DNA of 64,000 nt from an uncultured Klebsiella sp. (GCA_964610955.1 CAZSYV010000001.1:17305-81304), one strand, 5' to 3'; positions 1 to 9,453 are shown, counted from the stretch's first letter. The notes: generated by a model not told the origin, from the sequence alone. Numbers and translations: made by a program.

Positions 1-479
1 TCGACCGACAGCAGCACGGTACCGATTGGCTCGGCAAGGCGTGCAGGTCCACTACCGAACTCCATGCCACCCTCGGGCACTCCCGAGCTCGTGTACACGG
101 CGTGTGCAAACACCTGGCGCGGCGCCCCATCCTGGCAGCCTGCAGCACCAAAGCAGCGCTGTGCGAGCTCGACCTCGTGCGGGTCCCCAGCCGCGGCAAG
201 CACCTGCCCGTCGACATCGAGAAACAATCTTGCCACCGCCACATCCGCCCCAGCCAGATTGCCCGCCGCAAGACGTTGCAGCGCATCACCGTCACCGACC
301 AGCAGCGCCAGCCAGCCGGCATCGGCGAGGTAGCGCACCTCGTGCTCACCGCGCGCGCTCAACCCCGAGCGCACATCGCGCATACGCTGGCCGGTATGCC
401 ACATGCTGAGCACCAGGGGCGGCAGCAGCATGGGCACGAGGATGGTCAGCAACGCCATCGAACGGATACTGAGTCTCAT
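1..479 (-). CDS. 5' part of an unidentified membrane-anchored (sensor-like) protein; ORF runs off the left edge of the window
   Basis: Manual reverse translation from ATG 479-477 gives MRLSIRSMALLTILVPMLLPPLVLSMWHTGQRMRDV... It stays open to position 1 with no stop and has a hydrophobic N-terminal helix and G/C-rich third positions. It is missing from the ORF track only because no stop lies in the window. The family cannot be recognised from about 159 aa. Confidence 0.45.
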   Translation of the reverse strand, partial: MRLSIRSMALLTILVPMLLPPLVLSMWHTGQRMRDVRSGLSARGEHEVRYLADAGWLALLVGDGDALQRLAAGNLAGADVAVARLFLDVDGQVLAAAGDPHEVELAQRCFGAAGCQDGAPRQVFAHAVYTSSGVPEGGMEFGSGPARLAEPIGTVLLSV

Positions 480-645
480 GGATCATTCGTGTGCGCATGG
501 AGGCGAGGCAGCATATCGATGCAACGACACCCGCGTGAATGCGAGCTTTCGCACACGTCTCAGGTGCGCCATGTCAGCGCTTCTGTTACAACGTCCATCC
601 CGCACACAGGTGCGGCCATTCAATCGCTGAAGGAACCGCCTGATC

Positions 646-2949
646 GTGAACAGGGCAGGATTGCCCCTGCGGCGCATCACCATCGGCATCCTCGCCATAA
701 CGCTGCTCATCGCACTCGCGCTGACACTGTGGCTGCGCATGCATCCGGAAAGCGTACGCACCGTGCTGAATGCCTACCTTCCTCCCACCATCCGACTCGT
801 GGAGGTCCGTGGACTGCACGCATCGGCAGCGGGGGGGCGCATGGAACATCTGCGGCTCGAACTCTCGGGCACGGTGCTGACGATCGAAGACGTCCGCTGG
901 CGCTGGGGTATCGCCAGCCTGTACCCGCCGCGCATCGCACCACGGGCGGTGCGCGTCGGACGGCTCGATATACGACTTGCCCAGTCGCACAGCCCGGCAA
1001 CGGGCACGGAGCCATTGCTGCCGCGTTTCTGGACCGCTGCATGGTGGCCGTCGATCGCGCGCATCGACCTCGAAATCGAAGGGCTGCGGCTGACCGGTCA
1101 CGACGGCAGCGAAGTGATGGCAGGCAGCTTCGTGAGCAACGATGGCGGCAACATCGGCAACGCTCGGTTCGATATTCCGCAATGGGGCCCCATGCAGCTG
1201 CGCTGGCAGTCACTCGACGACATCCCACACTCGCGGGGATGGCGCATCGACTGGCGAAGCGATGCCCTGGCGCAGGCGCAGGCACAGGCCGTGCTGGAGC
1301 TGCGCGCCGACCCGGTCCCGGGCACCCTCGCATGGAAGCTGCATGCCAGCATGCGACCGCCTGCGTCGCTGTCGGGTGGGCACAGCCTGCAGCTCACCGC
1401 CAGCGGCAGCGCCAATCCCTTCGACGCCACGGCCGCCCTGCTCACCGGGCAGCTGGATCTGCAGGCAACGCTCGAGACACCGGCGGGCACAGCACGCATC
1501 GGCTGCGCGACGACCCTTTCCGCAGCACAGTCCCTTGCTGCGGTGATCACTCTCGAGGAGTGCACCGGACACATCGGCGACGGCAAGCTCACCCTGCAGA
1601 TGCCGCTGCTGATGACGCTGGACGCTACAGCAACACCGCTGTTGCTGCTGACCACCGGTGGATCGCTGCACGTCGACGGCCCCTCGATCGATACATGGCA
1701 GCTGCGAAAGCTGCACCTTGCCGCACCGGCGGCGACACTGTGGCAGGCGGGTACACCGATGCCCGCGACCCCGCAAGGCAGGCTCACGATCGAGCTGGTG
1801 AATGCGGCGCAGGACATTCAGCTGCATCTGGACAGCAGCATTGCTGTAGCGTCCATCGGCGCAGCACACCCCACGGTGACACTGCAGGGCGAGCTGCAGG
1901 CACGCCATGACAGGCAACGGCTGCGGGCACTCGAGCTGCAGACGAGCCTGACCGTCGACGACGGGGCGCTCGAGAGCTCCGGTACGCTGGCGCATGCCGC
2001 ACTCGGGCAACTGCTCGGCTGGCAGATCGGCCACTCGGGCAGCAGCGGTTCGCTGCACGGCGGGCTCTCGCTCGATTCACACGACTGGCACTGGGGCGAG
2101 GGTTTGCTGCACACGCTGCTTGACCCCCATCAGACGCTGTTCGAGGGCGATCTGCGCACAGGGGAGCTACAGGTGAAGCTACGGCTCGACGGACACATGG
2201 ACAAACCGCGTGCGCGCATCACCGCATCGATTCATGGCCTGGGCGGGACGATCGGCAACACGGCATTCATCGGCCTCGAGTGCGGGGCGCTGCGCCTCGA
2301 CTGGCAGGACTCGCGGCTGCGACTGCGCGAGGACCTCCACTGCCGCGCGCAGAGCGCAAATGCGGGTATCACGATCGAGGCACCGCATGCCTCACTGCGT
2401 CAGGTCGGCGAGAGCTGGCAACTGCATGACATCGGCGCAGAGCTGCTGGGCGGCAGCGTGTCGATCGAACAGGCTGACATCGGCGCAGACGGCACGATCC
2501 GTGCCGTTGCGAAGCTGCGCGGGATCGATCTCGGCAGTGTGGCTGCGCTGCTCGACGAGCCGGCCCTGACGCTCACGGGAAAACTCGACGGCGACCTGCC
2601 CCTTGCACTGGAAGGGGGTGTGCCAATCCTGCGCACCGGCAAGGTGCACAGTACCGGGGCTGGCGTGATCCGCTACCGCCCCGCGTCGGTGCCCGAGGGC
2701 GAGTCGAGTGAGCTTGCTCTGACGCGCAAGGCACTGTCGAACCTCGAGTTCGACTCCCTGCAGGCAGCGCTCGACTACCGCTCGAACGGAATGCTGCTGA
2801 TCGATGCAGCGATCCGCGGGCGCAACCCCGACCTCGACCCGAAGCGCCCGGTTCACCTCAATTTGACACTGGAGACCAACTTGCGCACCCTGATGCGCAG
2901 CCTGAGCGCCGGTGATCGCATCAACGCCTGGCTGGAAAGGCACCTGTAG
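646..2949 (+). CDS. ydbH: YdbH-like AsmA-family envelope protein
   Basis: 767-aa ORF with a GTG start, one N-terminal TM helix (ITIGILAITLLIALALTLWL) and a long beta-rich body. The C-terminal ...GRNPDLDPKRPVHLNLTLETNLRTLM... is typical of the DctA-YdbH family. It is followed directly by ynbE and ydbL in the conserved order. Confidence 0.8.
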   Translation: MNRAGLPLRRITIGILAITLLIALALTLWLRMHPESVRTVLNAYLPPTIRLVEVRGLHASAAGGRMEHLRLELSGTVLTIEDVRWRWGIASLYPPRIAPRAVRVGRLDIRLAQSHSPATGTEPLLPRFWTAAWWPSIARIDLEIEGLRLTGHDGSEVMAGSFVSNDGGNIGNARFDIPQWGPMQLRWQSLDDIPHSRGWRIDWRSDALAQAQAQAVLELRADPVPGTLAWKLHASMRPPASLSGGHSLQLTASGSANPFDATAALLTGQLDLQATLETPAGTARIGCATTLSAAQSLAAVITLEECTGHIGDGKLTLQMPLLMTLDATATPLLLLTTGGSLHVDGPSIDTWQLRKLHLAAPAATLWQAGTPMPATPQGRLTIELVNAAQDIQLHLDSSIAVASIGAAHPTVTLQGELQARHDRQRLRALELQTSLTVDDGALESSGTLAHAALGQLLGWQIGHSGSSGSLHGGLSLDSHDWHWGEGLLHTLLDPHQTLFEGDLRTGELQVKLRLDGHMDKPRARITASIHGLGGTIGNTAFIGLECGALRLDWQDSRLRLREDLHCRAQSANAGITIEAPHASLRQVGESWQLHDIGAELLGGSVSIEQADIGADGTIRAVAKLRGIDLGSVAALLDEPALTLTGKLDGDLPLALEGGVPILRTGKVHSTGAGVIRYRPASVPEGESSELALTRKALSNLEFDSLQAALDYRSNGMLLIDAAIRGRNPDLDPKRPVHLNLTLETNLRTLMRSLSAGDRINAWLERHL

Positions 2950-3032
2950 GCCCCCATCCGCAAGCAAGCGCCCGCCACCGACCGGCCACGCGCCCGGACT
3001 GGAGTCGGGCCCGCCAAGCGAGAGGAAGACCG

Positions 3033-3221
3033 ATGCGAGCACGCCACCTGATCCTGCCGCCACTGCTGATGCTCATGCTCGGCTGCACCCCGACCGTGAA
3101 GGTCGAGGCACCGGACAAGCCAATCACGATCAACCTCAACGTGAAGATCGAACACGAGATCCGCGTGAAGGTGGATCGTGAACTCGACAACCTGTTCGAG
3201 GAAGACAAGGGATTGTTCTGA
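3033..3221 (+). CDS. ynbE: YnbE-family small lipoprotein
   Basis: 62 aa with lipobox LMLGC followed by TPTVKVEAPDKPITINLNVKIEHEIRVKVD, the YnbE pattern. A GAGGAAG RBS lies just upstream, and the gene sits between ydbH and ydbL. Confidence 0.85.
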   Translation: MRARHLILPPLLMLMLGCTPTVKVEAPDKPITINLNVKIEHEIRVKVDRELDNLFEEDKGLF

Positions 3222-3274
3222 GAACACCGCGAGCAGCATGTGCTGAACCTCGCAGCCGCCGGATGGAGACACGC

Positions 3275-3607
3275 ATGAAAGAGTTTCTGAAGATCCTGAC
3301 CGCAGGCGCACTGCTCGTCATCAGCTGCGCCACCTTCGCACTCGATATCCAGGAGGCGAAAGATGCCGGCTGGATAGGCGAGCAGCGCGACGGCTACATC
3401 GGTTTGGTGGACTCCTCGGCACCGGCACAGGCTCGTGCCCTCGTCAAGGAAATCAACACGGCGCGGCGCGAGAACTATCGATCGATCGCCGCCCAGAACC
3501 GTATCGAACTGCGTGCCGTGGAGGCTCTCGCCGCCGAGAAGGCCCTGCAGAAAACCCAATCCGGGCACTACATACAGGCGGAAAACGGCAGCTGGGTCAG
3601 GAAATGA
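3275..3607 (+). CDS. ydbL: YdbL-family periplasmic protein (DUF1318)
   Basis: Signal peptide MKEFLKILTAGALLVISCATFA, then ...AKDAGWIGEQRDGYIGLV... and ...INTARRENYRSIAAQN..., typical of YdbL. ATG 3275 is preferred over 3263 because GGAG lies 6 nt upstream of it. Confidence 0.85.
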   Translation: MKEFLKILTAGALLVISCATFALDIQEAKDAGWIGEQRDGYIGLVDSSAPAQARALVKEINTARRENYRSIAAQNRIELRAVEALAAEKALQKTQSGHYIQAENGSWVRK

Positions 3608-3617
3608 GCGGCCGGCA

Positions 3618-3646
3618 TAGTCATTGCACGGCAGCGATTTTATAAT
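3618..3646 (+). promoter_or_regulatory. Candidate sigma70-type promoter for maeB (TAGTCA-N17-TATAAT)
   Basis: Perfect TATAAT at 3641-3646 and a 4/6 match to TTGACA at 3618-3623 with a 17-nt spacer, about 65 nt upstream of the maeB ATG. Sequence pattern only. Confidence 0.3.
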
Positions 3647-3711
3647 CGGCCGCGTCCTTACATTCTCGAGCATCGACCCACGATGCCCGTCCCTGCCGGA
3701 GCACCATATTG

Positions 3712-6003
3712 ATGGAAGATTCCTTCCGCGAGAGTTCGATCCGATACCACACGCATCCCACCCCAGGCAAGCTGGCCATCCAGCCAACCAAGCCGCTGGC
3801 AAACAAGCGTGACCTGTCACGCGCCTACTCGCCCGGCGTTGCCTATGCGTGCGAGCTGATCGAAAAGGATCCCGCCCAGGCCGCAGCGGTCACCGCCCGC
3901 GGCAACCTGGTTGCGGTCGTGACCAACGGCACGGCAGTGCTTGGACTCGGGGACATCGGCCCGCTCGCCGGCAAGCCGGTGATGGAGGGCAAGGCGGTAC
4001 TGTTCAAGAAATTCGCCAATATCGACGTCTTCGACATCGAGATCGAGGAAAAGGATGCCGATCGGCTGGTCGAGATCATCGCTTCGCTCGAACCAACCTT
4101 CGGCGGCATCAACCTCGAGGACATCAAGGCACCGGAGTGCTTCATCGTCGAGCAGAAACTGCGCGAGCGCATGAGCATCCCGGTTTTTCACGATGATCAG
4201 CACGGCACGGCGATCGTCGCTGCCGCAGCGGTGTTCAACGGGCTGCGCGTCGTGGAAAAGCGCATCGAGGACGTGAATGTCGTCGTCTCGGGAAGCGGGG
4301 CCGCGAGCATCGCCTGTGTCGACCTGCTGGTGACGATGGGGCTCGATCCGGACAAGGTGACTCTCGTCGACCGCTCCGGCGTGGTCTACCAGGGACGCAC
4401 GGAGGGCATGAATCCCTGGAAGCAGAAGTACGCCCGCGACACGGCACTGCGCACGCTCGACGACGCAATGGACGGTGCCGACATCTTCATGGGGCTGTCC
4501 GGTCCCGGTGTCCTCAAGGCGGAGTCGGTGAAGAAGATGACCCGCCAGCCACTGATCCTGGCGATGGCCAATCCGGTGCCGGAAATCATGCCCGAGGAAG
4601 CGCTCGCCGTGCGCCCCGACGCCATCCTGGCAACCGGGCGTTCGGATTACCCGAACCAGGTCAACAACGTCCTGTGCTTCCCGTTCATCTTTCGTGGTGC
4701 ACTCGACTGCGGTGCCAGCGCGATCAACGATGAGATGAAGGCAGCTGCGGTGAAGGCGATTGCCGCACTGGCGGAAAAGGAAGTGCCGAACGAGGTCGCC
4801 AAGGCCTACGCCGGTGAAACGCTGAAGTTCGGCGTCGAGTATCTCATCCCGAAGCCCTTCGACCCCCGACTGATCGAGGATGTGCCGCTCGCCGTGGTCA
4901 AGGCTGCGATGGCAAGCGGTGTGGCAACACGCCCGATCGCCGACCTCGAGCAGTATCGTCGACACCTGCACAGCTTCTCGAACCGCTCCGGGCTGTTCAT
5001 GCAGCCGTGCATCGAGGTGGCACATCAGCACCGTGCGCGCATCGTCTACGCCGAAGGTGAGAACGAGGATGTGTTGCTGGCCGTGCAGTCGGTCATCGAC
5101 GAGGGGGTTGCGCAGCCGATCCTGATCGGGCGCCCTGAAGCGATTCGCGCACAGATCGAACGCCTGTCGATGCATATCGACATCGAGCGTGATGTGCACA
5201 TCGTCAATCCCGCGGAGGCCGATTCCCGGCCCGAGTACTGGCAGACCTATCACCGGATCGTCGGCCGCCAGGGTGTATCCGTCGAGGCAGCACAGATCGC
5301 GATGCGCACGCAATCCTCCGCACTGGCTGCCGTGCTGGTCGCCCGCGAGGAAGCCGATGGCCTGATCTGCGGCAAGGTTGGCGCGTTTTCGGATCATCTG
5401 CGCACGATTCGCGGCGTACTGGCAACGGGCGACGAGCAGCACCATGTGTCCTCGCTGTGCGCACTGCTGCTGCCTGAAGGTCCGCTGTTCATCGCCGACG
5501 CCTTCCTGACCGTTGACCCGAGTGTCGAACAGATCGTCGAGACCACCTGCGCAAGCATCGAGATGGTGCGTCAGTTCGGTATCACACCACGCGTTGCCCT
5601 GCTGGCGCACTCGAACTTCGGCACCTCGCAGGCACCGACCGCCGTCAAGATGCGCCTCGCCTCACAGATCCTGCGCAAGCGGATCCCGGACATCGAGATC
5701 GACGGCGAGATGCATTCGTTCACCGCCATGAACGAGACATTCCGCAAGACGATCTACGAAGGCGCAAACCTGAGCGACAGTGCGAACCTGCTGATCATGC
5801 CGAACATCGATTCGGCAAACATCACGCTCGGCATGATCCGCGCGCTGACCGATGCACTGCTGGTCGGCCCGTTGTTCACCGGTTTCAGCAAGCCGGCACA
5901 TGTGGTGATCCCATCGGTCACCTCACGCGGCATCTTCAACATGAGCGCCTACACCTCGGCCGAAGTGCATCGTCTGCGTGAGCGCAGGGCATCCGGAGCA
6001 TAG
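3712..6003 (+). CDS. maeB: NADP-dependent malic enzyme (malic enzyme domain + phosphotransacetylase-like domain)
   Basis: Colinear with E. coli MaeB as I remember it: [73 protein letters not shown], plus a roughly 330-aa PTA-like C-terminus. The track ORF begins at TTG 3709; the first ATG is 3712. Confidence 0.95.
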   Translation: MEDSFRESSIRYHTHPTPGKLAIQPTKPLANKRDLSRAYSPGVAYACELIEKDPAQAAAVTARGNLVAVVTNGTAVLGLGDIGPLAGKPVMEGKAVLFKKFANIDVFDIEIEEKDADRLVEIIASLEPTFGGINLEDIKAPECFIVEQKLRERMSIPVFHDDQHGTAIVAAAAVFNGLRVVEKRIEDVNVVVSGSGAASIACVDLLVTMGLDPDKVTLVDRSGVVYQGRTEGMNPWKQKYARDTALRTLDDAMDGADIFMGLSGPGVLKAESVKKMTRQPLILAMANPVPEIMPEEALAVRPDAILATGRSDYPNQVNNVLCFPFIFRGALDCGASAINDEMKAAAVKAIAALAEKEVPNEVAKAYAGETLKFGVEYLIPKPFDPRLIEDVPLAVVKAAMASGVATRPIADLEQYRRHLHSFSNRSGLFMQPCIEVAHQHRARIVYAEGENEDVLLAVQSVIDEGVAQPILIGRPEAIRAQIERLSMHIDIERDVHIVNPAEADSRPEYWQTYHRIVGRQGVSVEAAQIAMRTQSSALAAVLVAREEADGLICGKVGAFSDHLRTIRGVLATGDEQHHVSSLCALLLPEGPLFIADAFLTVDPSVEQIVETTCASIEMVRQFGITPRVALLAHSNFGTSQAPTAVKMRLASQILRKRIPDIEIDGEMHSFTAMNETFRKTIYEGANLSDSANLLIMPNIDSANITLGMIRALTDALLVGPLFTGFSKPAHVVIPSVTSRGIFNMSAYTSAEVHRLRERRASGA

Positions 6004-6025
6004 GGTACACGGGCCAAGCCCCCTC

Positions 6026-6049
6026 CCTGGCCTGCGCGCGCAGGCCAGG
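6026..6049. terminator. Perfect 24-nt GC-rich palindrome between convergent genes (possible bidirectional terminator hairpin)
   Basis: CCTGGCCTGCGC/GCGCAGGCCAGG lies between the maeB stop (6003) and the stop of the minus-strand TPM gene (6052). There is no U-tract, so the terminator function is inferred. Confidence 0.4.
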
Positions 6050-6051
6050 CC

Positions 6052-6549
6052 TCACAGCACAACCGGTGCATCCGCCAGCGTGTTGTCTGCAGAGCCCGGG
6101 TAGTGCGCTTCCAGCAGCGCACCGACCGCCGCAACCGCCTCAAGTGCGCCATATTCGAAGTCACCACGGCGAAACGCCTGCCCCATTGCCGTGCAGATCT
6201 CCTCCCAGCGTATGGATACGACCCGCGTCGCAATGCCGCGATCGGCGATGATCTCCACCCGGTGATCGGCAAGCAGCATGTAGATCAGCACACCGTTGTT
6301 CTCGTCGGTATCCCACACACGCAGTTGGCCAAAGACCTGCAGCGCGCGCTCGCGCGCATCCAGGCCACGCAGCAGTTGCCAGGGATCGAGCACGGCATCC
6401 ACGGCAAAACGGATCTGGCCGCGGTGGTGGCGCTCCGAACCCGCGATCGCCGCCTCGATCGCCTGCAGTGACGCGGCGGGCAGGGCCTGACGCAGCCGCC
6501 ACGGCGGCAGCATCAGATGGCGCAGCAGACGTCGCCAGTGAGTCACCAT
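6052..6549 (-). CDS. TPM-domain protein (small, cytoplasmic-type member of lemA-TPM-TPM clusters)
   Basis: 165 aa with ...ERHHRGQIRFAVD... and ...NNGVLIYMLLADHRVEIIADRGI... Its ATG overlaps the upstream stop by 7 nt. Confidence 0.8.
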   Translation of the reverse strand: MVTHWRRLLRHLMLPPWRLRQALPAASLQAIEAAIAGSERHHRGQIRFAVDAVLDPWQLLRGLDARERALQVFGQLRVWDTDENNGVLIYMLLADHRVEIIADRGIATRVVSIRWEEICTAMGQAFRRGDFEYGALEAVAAVGALLEAHYPGSADNTLADAPVVL

Positions 6550-7388
6550 CTTCCTGAGGCTCCGCCACCACCAAAGCGACCACCACCGCCGCTGAAACCT
6601 CCCCCAGATCCACCGCCAAAACCACCACCGCTGCCTCCACCGCGCCAGCTGCCCCGCCCTTCAACTCCAGGCAGCAGGACCACAACGAACGCAAGCACGC
6701 CACAGACCCATGCCAGCACGGTGGTGCGGCTCATCAGCCAGACGATCAGTGCCATCGCACCTCCGGCAAGGCAGGCAGCACCGAAACGCCCGAGGATCCG
6801 CCGCCACCATGAACTCACCGTGAACAAGGCCAGGAACAGCAGTGGCACCTGATCAGGCAGACGCGTCGGTTCCCGGGCCTGCGGCGGCGGCAGTGGCTCG
6901 CCTTCGATCAGTTGCATCAACTGCTGCATGCCGGCGTCGATACCGGCACCGAACTCGCCCCGCCTGAAGTGGGGCGTGATGGTTTCATCAATCACCCGCC
7001 GGGCAAGCGCATCCGGCACCCTGCCCTCCAGCCCGTAACCGACCTCGATGCGCAGCGCATGCTCCTTGCTGGCAATCAGCAGGAGCAGGCCATCGTCCAC
7101 ACCGGAACGTCCCAGTCGCCAGGTCTCCGCGACACGGATCGCATACTGCTCGATGGTCTCCGGCGCCGTGCCCGGCACGATCAGCACGGCAAGCTGCGCG
7201 CCGCGTGCGTCCTCGAATGCCTGCAGTTTCCTCTCGAGCGCATCGCGTTCGTCTGCACTGAGAATGCCACTGCCGTCGGTGACATGCGCCCGAAGCGCCG
7301 GGACCGCGACCAGCGCATGCCCGGTACCGGCCATGCTCGCAAGCACCAGGGTCGTGAAAAGCAGGCAGTGCCGAACGAATGCCTGCAC
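6543..7388 (-). CDS. YgcG-like TPM-domain membrane protein
   Basis: GTG start and signal peptide. The TPM core reads VTDGSGILSADERDALERKL...GAQLAVLIV...LLLLIASKEHALRIEVGYGLEG. It has C-terminal TM helices and a Gly-rich tail (GGGSGGGFGGGSGGGFSGGGG), typical of YgcG. Confidence 0.85.
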   Translation of the reverse strand: MQAFVRHCLLFTTLVLASMAGTGHALVAVPALRAHVTDGSGILSADERDALERKLQAFEDARGAQLAVLIVPGTAPETIEQYAIRVAETWRLGRSGVDDGLLLLIASKEHALRIEVGYGLEGRVPDALARRVIDETITPHFRRGEFGAGIDAGMQQLMQLIEGEPLPPPQAREPTRLPDQVPLLFLALFTVSSWWRRILGRFGAACLAGGAMALIVWLMSRTTVLAWVCGVLAFVVVLLPGVEGRGSWRGGGSGGGFGGGSGGGFSGGGGRFGGGGASGRW

Positions 7389-7393
7389 CTGCC

Positions 7394-8008
7394 TCAGTCC
7401 TGCCCCGCCGGATGTGCATCTCCGAAATCGACCACCGGTGGTCGGGAGATCGCCGCCTCGTTCTCGACCGAAAACTGCGGCTTGATGCCAAAGCCGAACA
7501 GCCTGGCAGTCAGATTGCTCGGAAAACGCCTGACCGTGACGTTGTAGCGCTCGACCGCACCGATGTAGCGGTTGCGGGCGACCGTGATGCGGTTCTCGGT
7601 GCCCTCGAGCTGCGCCTGCAGGTCGCGGAACACCGCATCCGCCTTCAGCTGCGGATAGTTCTCCGCGACCACCAGCAGCCGCGACAGTGCCGAGTGCAGC
7701 TCGGCCTGCGCGGCCTGGAAGCGTGCAAGTGCCTGGGGGTCATCGAGCGACTGAGCCGAGAGCGTGACGCTGCCGACACGCGCCCGCGCCTCGGTGAGCT
7801 GCGTCAACACCTCCCTTTCATGAGCCGCATAGCCCTTGACGACACTCACCAGATTCGGCACCAGATCGGCTCGGCGCTGGTACTGATTGAGGACTTCCGA
7901 CCATGCCGACTTGATCTGCTCGTCCGCGGTCTGCAGCGCGTTGTAGCCACAACCCGCCAGACCAAGCGTGAGCAACAGCATGCAGAGCAACTGGATCGAT
8001 CTGCGCAT
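7394..8008 (-). CDS. lemA: LemA-family protein
   Basis: Lipoprotein-like N-terminus (LTLGLAGCGYN) followed by the LemA signature ...AWSEVLNQYQRRADLVPNLVSVVKGYAAHEREVL... Confidence 0.9.
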   Translation of the reverse strand: MRRSIQLLCMLLLTLGLAGCGYNALQTADEQIKSAWSEVLNQYQRRADLVPNLVSVVKGYAAHEREVLTQLTEARARVGSVTLSAQSLDDPQALARFQAAQAELHSALSRLLVVAENYPQLKADAVFRDLQAQLEGTENRITVARNRYIGAVERYNVTVRRFPSNLTARLFGFGIKPQFSVENEAAISRPPVVDFGDAHPAGQD

Positions 8009-8047
8009 TCGTGTCTCCCCGTCTCCAGTGGATCGGGACCATTATAT

Positions 8048-8734
8048 TCAGCGCGGCTGCAGGCGCAGGAATGGATTGGCCAGACGCCCGATCAGGCCGC
8101 TGAGGCGGATCGGCGCCTCCAGCACCCCGAGGCACAGGCAGTCGGCCTCGGGCAGGACGGCCGGCTGGTGCACATCGCTCTCGACGCGCAGCAGAAAATC
8201 CCCTTCGCGATAGCATCCCTCGTGGTCCGAAAACGCGCCGTTCAGCACCACGGTGATTTCACTGCCGCGGTGCCCATGCTCGGGCACCCGATGACCGGCC
8301 CGGATGTGATACAGCGCCACTTCGCGCCGTGGATCACCAAAGCGCAGCCGCGAAGTACGGATTCCGCGCCCGCTACGCTCCCACTCGAGTTGCTCGATGC
8401 CCGCCGGAACCAGCCACTGCAGGACACGCGGCAGTTCCCTGACGCCATCAGCCCCTCCAGGTATCAGCGCGGCAGCGGCCTGCGGTGCCGACACCTCGGC
8501 GTCCAGGCTGCTCAGCAGCCGTGCCAGGGCATCCACGGCAACCGGTACCGGATCGAGGCTTCCGAACAGCTCGCCACCCAGATGATTGAGTTGCACCACC
8601 TCCTCGCGGCAGCGCGAACAGTAGTCGAGGTGTACGGCAACCGTGAGCGCCACTGCACCGGGCAGGCAGGCTGCCGCATAGTCATTCAGCAGAAACTGGT
8701 CGGGGTGGTGCTGAATCATCATCGCAATGCTCAC
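8048..8734 (-). CDS. chrR: ChrR-type anti-sigma factor (zinc ASD + C-terminal cupin)
   Basis: The N-terminal H-x3-C-x2-C zinc motif (HLDYCSRC) aligns with R. sphaeroides ChrR. The C-terminal cupin reads ...HGHRGSEITVVLNGAFSD...GDF... The GTG start overlaps the sigma gene stop (GTGA); the ATGs at 8722/8719 are alternative starts. Confidence 0.85.
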   Translation of the reverse strand: MSIAMMIQHHPDQFLLNDYAAACLPGAVALTVAVHLDYCSRCREEVVQLNHLGGELFGSLDPVPVAVDALARLLSSLDAEVSAPQAAAALIPGGADGVRELPRVLQWLVPAGIEQLEWERSGRGIRTSRLRFGDPRREVALYHIRAGHRVPEHGHRGSEITVVLNGAFSDHEGCYREGDFLLRVESDVHQPAVLPEADCLCLGVLEAPIRLSGLIGRLANPFLRLQPR

Positions 8735-9312
8735 CGCTCCAGCAGCAGTCGCAGCTTGCTCATCGCCAGCCGCACCCGTGACTTCACCGTCCCCAGCGGC
8801 AGACCAAGCTCACTGGCGACTTCCGTATGTGATTTGCCTTCCATGTACACCTTGTCGATGATCTGACGCTGTTCCGCGGGCAGGGTGGGCAGCGATTCAC
8901 GCACCTGTGCCACGGCACGCTGGCGCTGCACCTGCAGTTCGAGTGGTTCCTCGTCGGCACTGAGATCCCACAGCTCATCGACATCGACCTCTTCGCGCAT
9001 CCGATGCTTCTTGCGCAGCAGGTCGATACGCGAATTGCGCGCCAGCGTATAGATCCAGGTCGTCGCACTTGCCTTGCCCGCATCGAAGGTGCAGGCCCGG
9101 TTCCAGATCTTGAGCATGACTTCCTGCACCAGTTCCTCCGCGAGCGCATTCGACGACATGCCCGGGCTGGAGAGCGCGAAGGACTTCAGCAACGGTGCAA
9201 AGTGACGGAAGATCTCGGCATACGCTTCACGATCACGCTCGCGCCCCACCGTCTCGAGCAGGGAACTCCAGATGTCGCGGGTTGACTCAGGTGTCGTGCG
9301 GGATATCGGCAT
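8731..9312 (-). CDS. ECF sigma factor, ChrR-partner (RpoE/ECF11-like) type
   Basis: From MPISRTTPE... it is colinear with R. sphaeroides RpoE as I remember it (FRHFAPLLKSF, TWIYTLARNSRIDLLRK, LGLPLGTVKSRVRLAMSKLR). The track ORF extends to GTG 9381, but ATG 9312 fits the homologue length. Confidence 0.9.
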   Translation of the reverse strand: MPISRTTPESTRDIWSSLLETVGRERDREAYAEIFRHFAPLLKSFALSSPGMSSNALAEELVQEVMLKIWNRACTFDAGKASATTWIYTLARNSRIDLLRKKHRMREEVDVDELWDLSADEEPLELQVQRQRAVAQVRESLPTLPAEQRQIIDKVYMEGKSHTEVASELGLPLGTVKSRVRLAMSKLRLLLER

Positions 9313-9423
9313 GGGGAAACATGATCGCGACCCGGCTGTGCGCTGTAAACGGCGATTCACGCCAAACTGCACCACGTTCACGGCTCACGCCCCCAATCCG
9401 TTCGAGACTCCCCCAATATTTCG

Positions 9424-9453
9424 CAATTACGCGGGCGCACCGCTGCCGGATCA
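9424..9453 (-). promoter_or_regulatory. Candidate ChrR-type ECF sigma-dependent (autoregulatory) promoter: TGATCC-N16-CGTAAT
   Basis: The minus strand reads TGATCC GGCAGCGGTGCGCCCG CGTAATTG. This matches the TGATCC ... CGTA(A) promoter type I recall for RpoE-ChrR group sigma factors. It lies about 105 nt upstream of ATG 9312. Confidence 0.45.

Noticed and set aside
3608-3653. GCGGCCG ... CGGCCGC inverted repeat after ydbL as a terminator
   Set aside because: The 7-bp arms are separated by a 32-nt loop, which is too large for a canonical intrinsic terminator. The loop overlaps the candidate maeB promoter and there is no U-tract.
3817-5610. 597-aa minus-strand ORF. Similar long antisense ORFs occur at 102-1910, 9195-10835, 14730-16202, 22015-23547, 24310-25683, 34043-ff, 41647-42915, 47539-48420, 49085-49957, 54994-56562 and 60523-61419.
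   Set aside because: Each overlaps, on the opposite strand or in another frame, a gene with clear homology. The translations are low-complexity and Arg/Pro/His/Gly-rich. I treat all of them as artefacts of GC-rich sequence.
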